Of a stretch of DNA of 64,000 nt, positions 11,892-26,969 are shown piece by piece; position 1 is the stretch's first letter, and the number at the start of each line of letters is the position of its first letter. This stretch comes from Blasia pusilla (lineage: Eukaryota): assembly GCA_050084515.1 (NCBI GenBank), contig CM114271.1, positions 6,076,001 through 6,140,000 of the forward strand. Direction: 5' to 3'. The position numbers and the translations under genes were made by a program. The notes beneath the pieces were generated by a model. That model did no database searches. It worked only from the letters and a program-made list of their open reading frames with translations, and had not been told where the DNA came from.

Positions 11892-14800
11892 ATGAGTGGA
11901 GGGGCAGCATTGCGGGAGCTGTCCTCGGTGCTGGCAGGGAATGCGGAGCTCGCGAGTGAGAAAATTGGTGTGATTCTTTGTCAGTGTCCTGCATGGGAGT
12001 CCTTGCAAGATGGATCCACGCGTCTCAACGCTAGACACCTCAATGCTGTTCTGGCTGTAGCGCAGTTTCTCGTGCAGTCTGCCGGTTTGGAATTTCGGTT
12101 GGATCTCTGGAAAGTGGTACTCGAGTTTCTTCGGGCAATTCCCAGTCTCTCCGAAGATGATTTTTGGTTTTCGGCAATTAGCTCGCATGCGGCGAGTTGC
12201 TTCTTTTCAGATTTTATGGCTGCAGTGATGAAAATAACAGAGATGAACTCGGTACTATCCGAAGAAGTTAGCAATCTTATAGCGGATATCATTCAGAAGG
12301 TAACTACACTGTCACACCATGAAAGCAGCACACCAATTTCTCCAGGGATCAAGTTTTTCCTCCTTGCGCTCTCTCAAAGTTTGTCTCCTCTCCTTGCTTC
12401 TGACGTGGAGAAAGTGATCAAGTGCCTGGTAGATCAATGGGCGGTGAGTCTTCAGTCAGGAACTCCACGCCCGTCATCTTCTTATACTTCTTCCCATAGC
12501 TCCCCTTCGGTATCGAACAAATCTCACCGACACTCTGGACTTTCAAATGGGAACTCTAGTCCGTACAAAGAACCTCAGGAAGCTCCAGGCACTCCTCAAT
12601 ATAAGCAAATGAATGGCAGCGGGTTTGTTTCGAGATACGATCACCACCCTAATGTACCTGATGGGAGCCCTAACTCTACCTCGTCAACTACTCCTGTTTT
12701 CACCCCTATTTCAACGCCGTCTAAATTGGTCGATGAACATATCACAACTAGGCCTGGCCAGTTAAATGGAACTTCTACCAAAGTGGGGCTCGACTATTTC
12801 TATGCCGCTCAGTCGGAATCTCCTCAAGATGGAGGATCTAGCGTGCGCCTTTATCGGGTTGCGTTGGAAGGAGTGTCACTTCACGTTCTTGAGAGGCAGG
12901 AAATTGCTTTCAGATTGGCATCGCAGATCTTGGAAAAGCCCAATGCATGGCAGCAGTTCAGTGATGTGAATATCGTTCAATTGAGGAATACAGCAGTTAC
13001 GCAGCTCAAAGGGGTCCTTTCCCTGCTCAAGGCAAGTCTTCTTACACTACTTAATACTGTCGATGGTTCTTTTTTTGAAACTCAGAATTTTCTTGAAATT
13101 CACCGATTTTTGGGACTCTCTAATTATACTCTCAAGAAGAACTATCGTCCAAACCTCACAGCAATCATTGTCCACATAGGAATTTACTTTTGCATCTATA
13201 CTTATCACCAGCAAGTGAAGAAGCTTGTAATGCCGTTCATCATTAAAGTCTCACTGGTGAAATCTGCTAACCAAAGCAACCACGGTGTGTACTGTTTACC
13301 TTAAACATGATTCTCCCAGAGATCAAGGAATCATAATCCTCTTGAATTCGTAGAGGGCTGGGGTGTGAGCCATCAGAGCTGGAAATTGTTACAAATCAAT
13401 GACTTTGTCTCAATTCGTAGATTCGAAGACAGGATTGGCCTACCGATGGTGAGGATCTCAAGACAAAACTGGATTTAAAGCTGCGAGCATGTCAAGGAGC
13501 AACAGTTCTGAAAACCAGATGCCTCTTGATATCAGAGTCGAATGCAAAATCAAAAGGTTCTTTGCGAGAGAGTTTTCCACTCTTGCTGGATGCTGCAGAT
13601 GTATGCCTTGCATCACCTTGGCGCAAGCTAAAATCATGTGAAGATTTACTTGACTCCTTGCTGCATGGTGTGGCCCAAATTGCTGTGGTCCTCGGCAATC
13701 AGCGGTCAGTTCTTCTGCGGCTCAAGTCAGTTATTTTGGCAACTTGTGCTCAGGTGAGGCTAATCTAGAGTTCAGTTTGATGCGACTTTGCAATCTCAAA
13801 GTGTTTCTGTTTTGCGTTTCATGTTATTTTCTATATCCATCAGTTCATGAAATATGTGACTGTGCATAGACTCTTGAAAGATCGGAGTTCTGAATCTCCT
13901 CCTTGTAGACTCTTCATCCTGATGTTGTTACCAAGTGGGGAAACATCCCACTAATTTCAGGCAGAAACATGGGGGACTAGCCAGTCTTCTGTGTATGAAA
14001 GCATGCTGAAGGCAAGTTGTACACTTCTTGAGGCTTCTTGGAACTCTGACAAGTCGGCTGGGGAGTCGTTTCTACTATCACTGGCAGCTCATATTCGAGA
14101 ACGAGTGGAGCATGTATGTAATCTACTCTGTTATTTCATATTGGTCATATCAAGAAATCTGTGTCCTTCCCCTTGATCTGATAATTTAATGATTTCCATA
14201 AGGAGATCGCGGGGTATGGGTACAACAATTATCAGACATTCCTTTTTTGCAAGTTAACCTGAAAAGTCTTCTCTCATGGCAAACATTCCCCAACTCAAAA
14301 TTAAGCTGTCAAAGGATGATAGGCCTACAGATGTGAAACAGGGAGTTATACATTTCCTGATCTCGTTTTGTTGTGAACAGGGTGAGAAAGAAAGGCATGT
14401 TGTATTTGTACAGACCAACTTGATTTCGTTCCTCGCTGATTTGGCGGAAAAATTTAGTAGACATGAGATGGGGGAGCTCATACTGCCACAATTTATCGAA
14501 AGCTTGGAGCAGGGAGACAGTTCTGTCCCTGGACAAATAAGGCTCAAGGTCAGGAAGGCTATGTTTATTGTATGTCGTCTTTATGTTCCATGGTCTCCAA
14601 GCACTGGCTTGCCTTCACAGAAAAATGAAGGTTGTATGAGTTAACCTGCTAAATCACTGATTGTGTATTTTGAACAGTTGATAGAAGCATTGGCTCGACT
14701 GGGAAGCTTGGGATGTGAAAAGTCATACAGAGAGGTGGTGGTGCTGCTCACCCAAAGTTATCTGGATAAAGTGTCTTCTTTGGACTCTGCATACAGTAGG

Positions 14801-17800
14801 GCTATGCATTCAGAGGGTACCACAGAACAAATCGATGTGAGCTACGATCCACCTTGTTGACAATCCACTTTCCAAGTTGCCAAAGTTTCTGCTGTTCCTA
14901 AGCTGCCTCAAAATGACTTAGGCCTCTCCTGCCAGGTGGTGGTATCTATTATTTAACTGAGGTCAGGCCCATTTACAGTGGTTGGCCTATTATTTACCTT
15001 TTGGTTTTGGGTAATCTCAACAGACTCTAGCGAGTGCTTTGCTTCAACTGGCCCGCGGCCTGCAACAACAGCCTAAGCTAAGAGCGGACCTTCGCGAACG
15101 GGTATTGACTTTGTGCTCGAATGTGGGCCTTGTTGCAGAGTCGAAGAATAACAGGTACATATCCTTTTTTTATTTTGCAGCAAGAGGTATGAGAAAACTA
15201 GTCGTCCATACCATTGGAGCCATGAAATCAAATGCTTCTGCATACAACTGCACAAGAATATCTAACATATTCGCATGCCGTAATAGTCGATTGGATGGCT
15301 GCCATAGATTTTCTCACATTGTGTAGGACATCCCTTGTCTTCGCATCAGGTTTTCAATTGTTCAAGTTGCAAACTAAGTGAGGAGTCATTTACAGCTAGC
15401 TCATTAGGTTACTTCACGTTTGTTCTGTTTTTTTATATCATATGACCATGAAGAAAAGTTGGTATCTGGACTGGGACTACGGTTTGTGGCTAACTTTCTT
15501 CGTTTTTGAGGTCCACAGGAGTGGGGCAGACCTTTTAGGACCCCTTCTACCTGCAGTTGCAGAAATATGTTCCGACTGTGATCCCACTGAAGATCTTGAG
15601 TCGCCATTGCTCAAACTATTTCGGAATCTCTGGTTTTATATTGCACTTTTTGGCTTGGCTCCACCTGTGCAAAGAGGACATAATTCTTTGCGGCAAACGT
15701 CAACCCAGACAGGAAATATTAGCTCGACGCATTCTAATTTTATGTCCTTACAAGCGGTTGGGGGAAATTACCTGTGGAACGCTCAATGGTCAGCAGCGGC
15801 AACTTCGATCACACACGGAACACCACCCCTTGTAAGGTTTCACCCCTGTGTTCTGAGCTCCTTTGGCTCACAAGAACCAAAAGGAGATTTGAATTGTGGA
15901 ATATTGTGCACAAACATTGTCAACCTACTGCCATTGAAGCTCTCTAAAGGTTTACATATAGATGTTATTCTCCTCTTAAAGCCATGACACTTTTGGAGAC
16001 TTTTTAATTTCTCAAGGTATGATGCTTTAGTACCTCTTGAGCTTTAAAATGAAAGCCCAGTGATCCCTTGGAAATACCTTCAGGTGGTTAGCTCAGTGAA
16101 GTGGTTGGAGGATGAATTGGAACTCAAGGCGCTTCACAACCCTGATAGTCGCAGAGGGGCTGGTAATGAGAAAGCTGCAACAACTCAAAGGGCTGCACTG
16201 TCTGCAGCGATTGGAGGGCTGGTTGAAACCTCCTGTATGAGTACCATATCAGGTACATAAACAGGTCATTGTGAATTGTTTTTACCAGTCCTCTTGTTAT
16301 TGTCCTTTTTAGAAGTCTTTGTGGACCAAAATGAGATACAGCAGAATCTCAAAGTGCAACAAACTACAATAATCCTCCCAAGATTACAACCTATAAGCTG
16401 AACTTCAAGGTCTTCTTGCATGTAGCAAAAGGAGGGTCAAGAGATGACAGGATGCATATCGTTTACGCCATTGGCTGACTATTATGGAAATTTTAGGTGT
16501 GAAGGCTACATACCTTCTGGCTGTCTCCTTTTTGGAAATATTACGATTAAGACATCGTGGGGGAGTTCTTGGTAGCTTAAAAGGAGGGTATACAACAGCC
16601 CTGAGCTGTGCGTTTAAGTACCTGGAGACTCCGGATCTGTTATCTGTTGTTCAACAGTGCCTGGAAGCAGTGGTTGAGCAAGCATTTACTGGTGCCTTAT
16701 CATGGCTGGTATTAATCCCTCATATCACCCAGGGTCTGCAAAACTGTCAAATCTACATGAGTGCCTGAAGCAGTTTATGTTCCACCACACAAGAATTAGG
16801 TTTTGTATTGGCTTCAATATCTTTTCTAATATTGGAAAGACAACGGAAAGCTCTTGGCTGATTTCTGTAATGGACTACCAAGACTTCTATCTCCATCTAT
16901 GTTTGTCTACATCGCAGGAAGAAAGGACTTTGCTAACTGAAGAGCAAGCAGAAGAGCGTGAAGGAATTCTTGCTTCTCACACCTGTTTTCTCATCAGAGC
17001 TGTGGCTCATCGGGAAGAGCGAGTCCGTGATATGGCCGACACCCTTTTGGGTCAAATAAGAAACAGATTTCCACAGGTATGTTTTAGACATATATTTAAA
17101 AGGTAGTTTGACTTTCTGTTTCACTCAAAACTAATCAATGTAATCCTTGTCAATCAGGTGCTCTGGAATCCCAGATGTTTAGATGAAGTCCTGCGCTTGG
17201 TAGCTGATCTGGTAGCAACTGCTGATTCTGGTGTGCCTGTGGCTACTCGAGCACTCTGGAATCAAAGAGTTCGAGAGTGGATAGCTCATGCACTTATATT
17301 GGCCCCTTGTACTGTACAAGGCCTACTGCAGGTACAGTTCTTTTAGGTCATCTTTTTTTCACTCTCTAGAGCCACATATACATCAACCGTTGCCATTCAC
17401 GTACAGGCTTAATTGTGATCTTGGCCTGCACTCTTTTCACTCATAATTCATATTGAGATCAATAGGAATAAACCCAAGTAAGTATATAACCTTCACATGC
17501 TTCTATGCAGTAAGGATGTAGCTTTATCAAGTTTTCATTCTTTGAAGATGCTGATGAATGACAGCCAGTACTGTACCCTCTACGATCATGAAGGTTCCAA
17601 GGAAATCTACATTCCATGCACCGGGTGCAAGCTCCATGCCTTTTCACTCGTCAAAAGACAACTGTTTCTATTCCAACAGTAACCTTCTCAAGAGATCGTG
17701 GTTGCTTTGAATAGATGTTGGCAAAATAATCCACACTTATGTAGCATTGGAACTCCTAGCTCTATGGAACCAAAACCACAAATTTCAGGATAAGCATGTT

Positions 17801-20800
17801 GCAGAGATAGTATGTCAGCTCTATGTCAAGGGCCCTGTGGTGGGATGTTTGTCTTGCTAAAGAAACAGTTAATACTCCCATCAAAATTTGGACTGTATAA
17901 AAGTGTGGTTATGGTTAGTTTCAGCTGGGCCAGAAGTTCTAATGAATTATCTGGAGTGGGACTTACTGCTGGATTCCAATTTTTTCCCCAGGAGCAATTT
18001 CGGAAGCTGAACAACTGGCAAAAAGCAGCCCAGACCAGTGACCTTCTGTCTCTGTTGTCAGATGTACGTCTGGATTCCACCAAGACGGATGGGTGGTCTA
18101 GCAACATCAATTTACCTGCTGCTCTTGCTGCAGCTGCTGCTGCAGCTGGAGCTAGTCCACAGTCCACCAAGGTAGGAAGCATGGAGGTCCTTTCCACTGG
18201 AATTATCAGTGCAAATATCAAGTCCAACTATGCTGGTGAGATTGCAGGTATGAAAAAGTTATACGCTGGTATGGGTGGGTTGAACCTAGGGCCCACACCT
18301 GCTACCAAACATGATACTGCGCACAGCTCAGGAATGAAAGTGGATGAAAATGCTAAGGGCAGCCGGCAAGTACAAGGTGAAGACTCAACATTGCATGAGA
18401 TATTGACCACAAGATTCGTGCAGTTGCTCCAGCAATTTGTGGTCACTGCCGAAAGGGGATCAGATGTAGACCCAGCTGCCTTCCGTGAAGCTTGCTTGAG
18501 GGGTGCTGCACTACTCCTATCTGACACGGTAAGCACTCTTGATCTATTTCACAATGTCTTCAAGATTTTTTTGAGAATTTGTGTACATGATGAAAAGATA
18601 ACTGATGGAAGTTAAATGTATGTCAGGTGATGACTTTGATATCTTTTTGGGTATTTTTCCATCCACTTCTTGAAAGTGTAGAGCATCGGCATCCATCTCT
18701 TCGCCTGTGGTCTTCATGACTTCAGAATTTATTCTCTCTTATTCTGAAGATCTTCATCTCTGATATAAGAAAGTGTGTAAAGAAACTGGTCACAAACTGT
18801 GATAGTCTTGAATTCGAAAGCAAGATTTTCTGACATTGTCTCTTGTCTTAACAGGGTAATGTGGACAAGAAAGTTTCCGAGGGTTTTGATCAGCTACTGC
18901 GTCTGCTATGTTGGTGTCCAGCTCATATATTTACACCTGAAACCATGGAGACAGGTGTATTTGTCTGGACTTGGCTTTTGTCTGCTTCACCAAATTTGGG
19001 ATCCCGTGTGCTTGCTGAGCTGGTGGATGCATGGCTGTGGACAGTAGACACCAAAAAGGGCCTTTTTGCGTATGGCATAGAAAATTCAGGCCCTCGTGCA
19101 AAGCTTAGGCCCCAGCTGACGGCTGGAGTGCCTGGACCAGTTAACGACGAAGAACTGGTTCAGGGTATTAGTGCTCATCAAGTTTGGTTGGGCTTTATTC
19201 TTGACCGATTTGAGGTGAGACTATTGTAGACAGGAAGGGTTCATGACTTCCATGTCAAGCGTTTTTGCACTCGTCTCTGTGGCTCACCTTTGGGCACCTT
19301 GATACATACACACTTTTTGTGTATTAAAGGCGCTAGACAAAGTATTTGATTGTCACAAGCTAGTCTGTGCCAAAGTGGCAGAGGCTTTTTTCTTACACAG
19401 TCTAGGCAGTCTTCAATTTGCTTTAAAGAAGGCTTGAGTCGTCATTAGGTTCTTTTTTTTTCTGAATCCTCTGCTTACAGCTGTCATCATATTTTCAATC
19501 ATGCAGGTTGTGAGGAATGTGAGTAGTGATCAGCTCTTCCTTATAAGTCGGTTGCTTCAAGGTTCTGTTAAATCAGCAACTCAATTTTCAAGCCATCCTG
19601 CAGCAACTGGGACTTTTTTCACTCTCATTCTGCTTAGCCTGAAGTTTTGTGCTTTCCAATCTCAAGTTTGTTCTGGCTTGAGCAATAAAGGAATAAACCT
19701 ATTGGAGAAACGCTCTTACAGGTATGTCCTGTCATTCTTCGAAGTCACTTTTTTGTGCAGAGATAAAGATCTTCTTGTGGCTATGCAGTGAAGAGCTCAA
19801 TTTACCTGTGAGAAGCTTAGCGACAAGTGAGACTATTCATCTGTTCTTTCATGTGTACGTGAAATCATGCAGAGCTGCATTGGGTTGGTTTGCGGTTGAG
19901 CCAGGGTGGTATGATCCAAAAGTAGAAGGTGTTCTCCAAGCAGAAGCAAAGGCGGTGGCAATATTCGTTCACTACCTGAACAGCAAACGGTCACAAGGAA
20001 ATTTTCAGATGGAAACGTCTGTCAAAAGTGTTCAAGAACATTCAGTCTCAAACAGTGTCAGTACACAGGTGAAAATGATAGCAAGCTTTTCCTGTCTTCC
20101 TTGTTTGGTTGAGCAATAGTTTCCTCTTGCATCAATGTCTTAGGTCTTGAAAAGCATGGATAAAGATGGGGAATGGTAGTATCGTTCCTCTTACCATTCT
20201 ACCTTTGTGCACTTATGTACGTGGAGTAGGATTTAAATATAGGTTAATCAATTTTTTTGTGCAAAAACTGCCCACCTTTCCTTTTCTCATGGTCAAACTA
20301 GAAAATAGATATGCTCTTATGGAAGATGCTTTTGGAAATGTGATTAGGGAGACTCAGCACACCCTGTTTGGGTCAGAGATGATGACTACTCAGAAAGGGA
20401 GAGGCAACGACTTCTGTTGCTGATGCTTTGTCAATATGAAGCAGATAGGCTGGAAACATGGGCTCACCCATTGATGAAGTAATATAGCTTAGCCCCACTT
20501 TCTTTTTGCCACTCCCAAAAATGTTGATAAAGGGAATGGGAGGTTGTTCTGTCTCTATGTTTCAATTAGGTTCTTTGGGTGGTTCCCATGGTAGCTTGGT
20601 TGTTTGTTCTAAGATCCCTTGTTTTCGCTTTGCGTCTTTCTTGGGATTTTGTAGAAGTGCTATCTATACTCAAATTTTCTTTCAGGAATCAATCGGAAGT
20701 TTGAGAAAAGTCTCAAAGTATCATTCTTGTTATCTATTCAGTTTATTTGTACTCTTTGGGATTTCTAATCAGCTGAATGTCTTCCAGAGAATCATCGGCA

Positions 20801-23800
20801 GCTCGACCCAAAGTTAGTGCAGATCTGTGGTCAGAGTATGTGAGAACAGCATGGTCAGTAGACCCACGGATTGCACTATCTCTGGTGACTAGGTTCCGGA
20901 CAGTTGCAATTCTGAAAGCAGAAGTTACTTCAATGGTCCAGGTAAGGTGTAGCAATCCCAATTAATGAAGGCATCATTATGCAAAGTTGGTGAACTTTTT
21001 TTGTGCTATCTTCCTGATTTATTATGAAGCAAGCAGTATGAGAGTGAGATATCACCTTTTATAAGGATGAAGCTTTACTTCTCATGATGTTGAACCAAAA
21101 GCCTCACACGTGTTGTGAAATGGAACTGACTGACATGAGAGCATGTGCATGGTCTGTACTTTTCTAAGTGGTTTGTGGTCATGTGCAGAAACATCTTATG
21201 GAACTCTCAGAGATCCCAGAAGCAATCCCATACTTTGTGACCCCCAAAGCTGTGGATGAAGACTCACCTGTCCTGCGGAATCTCCTGCACTGGGCTCCGT
21301 GCTCTATTACACTTGCTCTCGAGTTTCTTACTCCAGACTACAGGGGTCATCATCGCGTGATGGCATATGTACTTCGGGTGATGGAAACATATCCACCAGA
21401 GAGAGTCACGTTTTTCATGCCACAACTGGTGCAATCTCTTCGGTATGACCAAAAGGTGAGTTATCTCCTGTTGATCCGCTCAGATGCAACTGAGGGATTT
21501 GTGTAGTCAATTAATCACCAAAATACTTGCAAGTACTATTCAGCAACTCCGAAGATAGGGTTTAGTCTCACCAGGTAATGTCTGGACAACAAAGAGAGTG
21601 TACACACCCTATCTATGAAGCATTTGAGTTACACGAATTTGAGTGGTTTCTTGATACCTAACAGAGGAGATTCACACCTGAACATGCTTTCTAGCCAAGC
21701 ATTCATAGAGCAGGACACAGGCTAGTCATACTTTGTGATTTGCATAAGACACCTTTTAATCAGAAAAAATATATATTGGAGGAAGTATATGTACTCCAAC
21801 TTCCTAACAATAATTAATTTGAATGCAGGGTCTTGTCGAAGGGTATTTGATGGTTGCAGCACAGAGGAGTAATCTTTTTGCCCATATTCTGATTTGGCAG
21901 CTCCAGGTACTTGGAAACCTGCAAATTGGTTTTTCTGGTTGGTGCAGTAGCTAGCCCTCTTTTCCTGTACCTTAATCTAAGCGTGAGTTGTTCTTGGATA
22001 GGGTGAGGAGCCTCCAAGTTCCGAGGAAGCAAGCAAGGAATCTGAGGTTGCGAAGGTAAATATCTTTTTATAGTCTTACTGTTGCCAGGGTATGCACATA
22101 AGATAGCAAACACCCCAGGACCTGATATGGTTGACAGTTTTACTTCACCCTGGTTTTATCTTCCTGATTTTCCAATGATGATCATATCAATTTTTTGATC
22201 ACTGGACCCTTGTTTTTTAGAAATTCTGGTTGAGTAGTATCTGAATACTTCAAGCCCTTGGTAACACCAGACTTTAGGATCGTTGTTATAATTATGTTAA
22301 TGTGTCATCTATGCACATTTTCGCAAGAAATAAACCAGACAATCAGTGGTGTGAGATGTGGAGTGATATTGTGGTGGTGTGGTGTAACTTTTCTATTGTA
22401 TTCCTTTCTGATCCAGACACGATTCCTTGAGACCCTAATAATTCAGCCCCTTGGATCATTTCGAAGTGACGATTGTTCTCATCACTTCCAAATGATCTAA
22501 GACATCCACACAAGTCACTTTCTCCTACATCTTGTAGACCTTATCTGCTCTTGCAGGAATATGACGTAAGTTCCAGATGTATATGCCAACAATCATGTGG
22601 TTGAGTTCTTGAATACCCTGAAGTAACTCTTCCAAATCACTGATCGAAAAGTTTGGCTTTTATGACAGGGTAATTTATATGACATTGTTCCCAAGGTTAA
22701 GCAACGTATCATTGACAGTTTTACACCAGAGGCCTATGATGTCTTTGTCCGTGAGTTTGATTTTTTCGACCAAGTGACTTCTATCTCTGGTGTCCTCTAC
22801 CCACTACCAAAGGATGAGCGCCGTGCAGGTATTCGCAGGTACTACTTTGGCATCTGATTTCCCTGGCTTTTAACAGTCTAACTAAGAGCCTCAGACTTTC
22901 TCCCTCCTCTTTGCTTTGCTGGCTTTTCACTTCATGTACAAAGGAGGCTTGTTTAAATTTCTGTTCGAGAAATCATTGATGAGGTGGCGTAACCTTTATT
23001 TCTTTGAGACTGCAGGGAATTGGAGAAGATAACAATCCCAGGTCAAGACCTGTATTTGCCCACAGCTCCCAATAAGTATGTTCGGGGCATTCAACTCGAT
23101 AGTGGCATTCCATTGCAATCAGCTGCTAAAGTACCCATCATGATCACATTCGATGTGGTAGACAAGGATGGTGATCCCATTGACGTCAAGCCCCAGGCTT
23201 GCATCTTCAAGGTCTGTATGGATTCATCCGGTAGGAAGCTAGGCAAACTTCTAATTACGAATTTCCTGGAATACCTTACAGAAGAAAAGTGGAGAATTAT
23301 GATTGTTTTCAACTGGTTCCGTATAAGTTATTATCGACTTGCTAGAATGAATAGATCAGACAATGGAATCTTGTACTGTGAGACATAATGCATGCTGAGG
23401 TGTGCTACAAGATATGGGGTCCTTCAACCATCAGTATCCTCACTTTTACTCCTGGTTTCAGGTCGGAGATGATTGCAGGCAAGATGTGCTTGCCCTTCAA
23501 GTCATAGCCCTTCTCAGGGATATTTACGATGCCGTTGGTATCAATCTCTATCTCTTCCCGTATGGTGTCCTTCCCACCGGTTATGGGAGAGGAATCATTG
23601 AGGTATGTCAACCCTTCACCGTAAGTGTCAGTCCTTTTAGGGAATAACATTTCAAGCCATCAATAATGTGTGAAACTTCCATTGGTGATTATCACTCCTT
23701 TATAATGGAGTGCCTGGAATCTCTTTAAATTCAGTATTCAAGATCAGGCTCACAAATGGACACTTTCTATGCTCTGTTCTGTAAGGTTCCATTTCATATG

Positions 23801-25265
23801 CCGTAAGGCTCTACATCCTATTGGTAAGAACCGCCAAAATCTTACCCAATTTCATTGTGTCTCCCTTGCTCCTATACGGTTTGCCTCCATCTTGCAATCC
23901 GAAATGTAAATTATTCAGTCTCATCAAAGTTGTTTGCACAATCACTTGAGAATGAAGATAGAATCAAAGCTATGAAAGATAAAGGTCGTTCAGATGCTGG
24001 TAGTCATTTTATGAAGGCAGCACCCGGTCTGGTATTGGTTAGGAAGGTAGCATCTTCAAAAAGTGTTCACATATCAGTATCTAACATATTTGGGTGGCAA
24101 TTCATGAAAACTAGGTTGTCCCAAATACTCGGAGTCGGAATCAAATGGGGGAAATAACAGATGGTGGACTCTACGAACTTTTCAAGCAAGACTTTGGTCC
24201 TGACGGTTCTCCAAAATTTGAAGAAGCTCGGGATAATTTCGTTGTCAGCAGTGCTGGGTATGCTGTGGCGAGCCTACTGCTACAACCCAAAGATCGTCAC
24301 AATGGAAATCTCCTCTTTGACAAGTATAATTATCATGCATCTGAAATTTTCTTTTCCAAATTTTGCAAAGCTTAGATTATTACTATCCGTGAGATTGCAG
24401 TAGTGAGTCCTGATTTTTGAGTCTATCATTCTGTCACTACTGGTAAATATGCAAACTTTTTTGTTGATAGTCTCTATTATTGACTGGATAAGTACTAAAC
24501 AAGCCTTCAGATCCTATTTGATGTTCAAAGACTGAACCATCACATTGCAGAGATGGTAGGCTGGTCCATATCGACTTTGGCTTCATCTTGGAGACCTCTC
24601 CAGGACGGAACATGCGGTTTGAAAGTGCCCATTTCAAGTTGAGCCATGAAATGACACAACTTCTTGACCCGTCAGGCGCAATGAAGAGTGATACTTGGTA
24701 TCGCTTTGTCAGGTGTGTAGGGAATTTGTCAGATTGGTTGAGACCAGTGGTGGGTTTGTAATCACAGTGTGAATTTTTTACAATCCATTATTTACAGGCC
24801 TGTGATTGATATTTCTGTCGAGAATGTGATGTCTCGTGGAAAGCTGTTATTTCTCGATGCAAAGTTTAGAATAGGATCTCAGAGCATGAAAGAAGAATGA
24901 CTTGTAGTACTGAGGATGTTTTGGCTTCGTCAGGATTCACAAGTTTTTCTTGACTTATGCCTGAACCTATCTAAAGTTTCAATTTTCACCACTTTGTAAA
25001 CTGCAGCTTGTGTGTCAAAGGCTATTTGACTGCAAGGCAACACATGGATGGAATTATCAACACGGTGTGGCTAATGAAGGAAAGCGGACTTCCATGTTTC
25101 AGCCGTGGAGATCCCATAGGCAATTTGCGTAAGCGTTTCCATCCAGAAATGACAGAGAGAGAGGCAGCAAATTTCATGATCAAGACATGTGGAGATGCTT
25201 ACAACAAGTGGTCTACTGCTGGTTATGATCTTATACAATACTGGCAACAAGGAATCGAGAAATGA
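11892..25265 (+). CDS. PI4KA1: Phosphatidylinositol 4-kinase type III alpha, 26 exons, about 2079 aa
   Basis: Exon model with continuous phase: 11892-13031, 13421-13753, 13961-14113, 14381-14548, 14678-14836, 15024-15154, 15519-15831, 16084-16252, 16497-16708, 16918-17076, 17158-17331, 17992-18528, 18855-19214, 19507-19721, 19873-20068, 20348-20478, 20788-20941, 21189-21455, 21829-21906, 22002-22055, 22669-22838, 23016-23211, 23462-23602, 24115-24323, 24551-24712, 25007-25265 (sum 6240 nt). Motifs: LFRNLWFY, helical-domain [57 protein letters not shown]-terminal [13 protein letters not shown]. Confidence 0.96.
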
Positions 25266-26613
25266 AACTTTGGCCCTGGATTGTTGTCCTATATTTCAAA
25301 AGCAGCTCTTTCAACTTTAACCTTCAACTCCCATAAACACATACACAATCTTGCTCTGTATCCTCAACTGTATCATTTCATTAGTTTGTCTGTAGATATC
25401 TTAATGATAATTGTCAGAGTATTTTGAAAACCTGACAAATTTTTTCAGTGGATGATAATGCACACTATAGATCAGGCTGCCGGAATATGTATGTCACACT
25501 CTGCTAAAGGTAGAGTACACATTTATTGTTGACTTCCATGGGGAAGTTTGTCAACATAGGTCCTGTAGGTAAAGGTCAGAAAATTGGAGCATTCGTAGAG
25601 CTGGAGAAAGCATCTCTCTGGGTCACTTGGGACCGACAGACTAAAGTTTCAAACGACCTTATTCATCTTGCCTGTCCTGATACCAGGCAAAGTTTCTAGA
25701 GAGCAGGTACTCTTTAGGTGACGATCCAGCCATAACACAATCTTGTGTAGAACTAGGATACAGTATATAGATAACATTATTGTACCTTGCCTGACTTCAA
25801 AAGATTCATACACCAATTTAATTAGCTGTAACAGGGCCCTGAAGACAAAGTATTGATGTAGAGTTTACCATTTTAGGCAGGAAGTTTGACGAAATTCTCC
25901 GGTGTTCCTTACCCACAAGTTTTAGAGGGGGAGTCAATGGAGGAATCTATGAGCAAGCAAAGCTTGAAGCATCGGTGATGTTCAGCTGGTGATGCCTCAG
26001 GTGACTAATCTATTCTCTGTATGTTCTGCTTGAACATGAGACATTTGTGCTGTATGTAGTAGACCAAATGAGCATGCGTATCATTTACTTCACTCTCGTC
26101 AGTAAGTCCTAAGAATTCACTAACCTGTGGTTTGTGAGCCAGGTTTTCATTTTTGCAAATAGTGGTCAATTGAATTGTATAATGGGGAATGCTGTGTACT
26201 GTAGATGTGCATGCAGGGAGTTACCTCAAGTTCTTACTACCATGATCTACAGGGATGAACCTTCTATGAGATAAAGTGGTACAAGGTCTATTAGAGACAC
26301 AAGCCATTTTTGTGCACTTGTGCCTTGGTAGGGGGACCAAATTTAAATTTGAGGACAATCGCCCACCTCCAAGATATCAATCCTCACCAGGGAAACCTAA
26401 ATTTGTCCATGATTTTCCTTGCAGCCGATTTCTTTTTGCCAATAAATGGAGTTTCCTATTGTATCACTCGTATGACAATTACATGGTTGTAAACTGAGCT
26501 CTCGCTGAGCTGGACAGGTAGGCATTAATTTCCTATTTCATGAGTAACATAAACAAGACGTAGACTCGTCACTTGTCGTTGACTTCATGGCTAGCCAAGG
26601 ATGGCTTCTAGAG

Positions 26614-26923
26614 AGTAAAAACTCAGTGAGTGATCGAGACAGAGTATGCTTGAATACTCAGACTAGATTGATTGATCGTAAAAGGAATGAATGCCGTTAC
26701 AAACTTTCTGCTACTAATAGAGAAAGAAGGCTAAACAATACATGAATTCAATTCTACAAATATGAAATGACATCAGAAGAAAACTAGTGGACAAAAATTG
26801 TCCCTAAAATCAAGGTTAATGTGGACCATTCATCCTGGTTGATCCGTGTGAGAAATACAAGGATCAACTAACTAGCACACACTAATGGACTGATTTGTTG
26901 CGCTGATCTACTAGAATCTAACA
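26614..26923 (-). repeat. Copia 3' LTR (310 bp)
   Basis: About 93% identical to 31512-31825 by manual count; the terminal T is changed to A at 26614. Confidence 0.95.
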
Positions 26924-26969
26924 CTCCCACTCAGGAAATAAATCAGCCATGATCTTTAGAACTAAATAA

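Noticed and set aside
11158-12292. Long antisense and overlapping ORFs upstream of and within PI4K exon 1
   Set aside because: Stop-poor GC-rich leader and antisense shadow of the real CDS; no recognisable domains.
25569-25876. Possible 3' UTR intron of PI4K alpha
   Set aside because: Only GT/AG-like sites; cannot be supported without transcript data.
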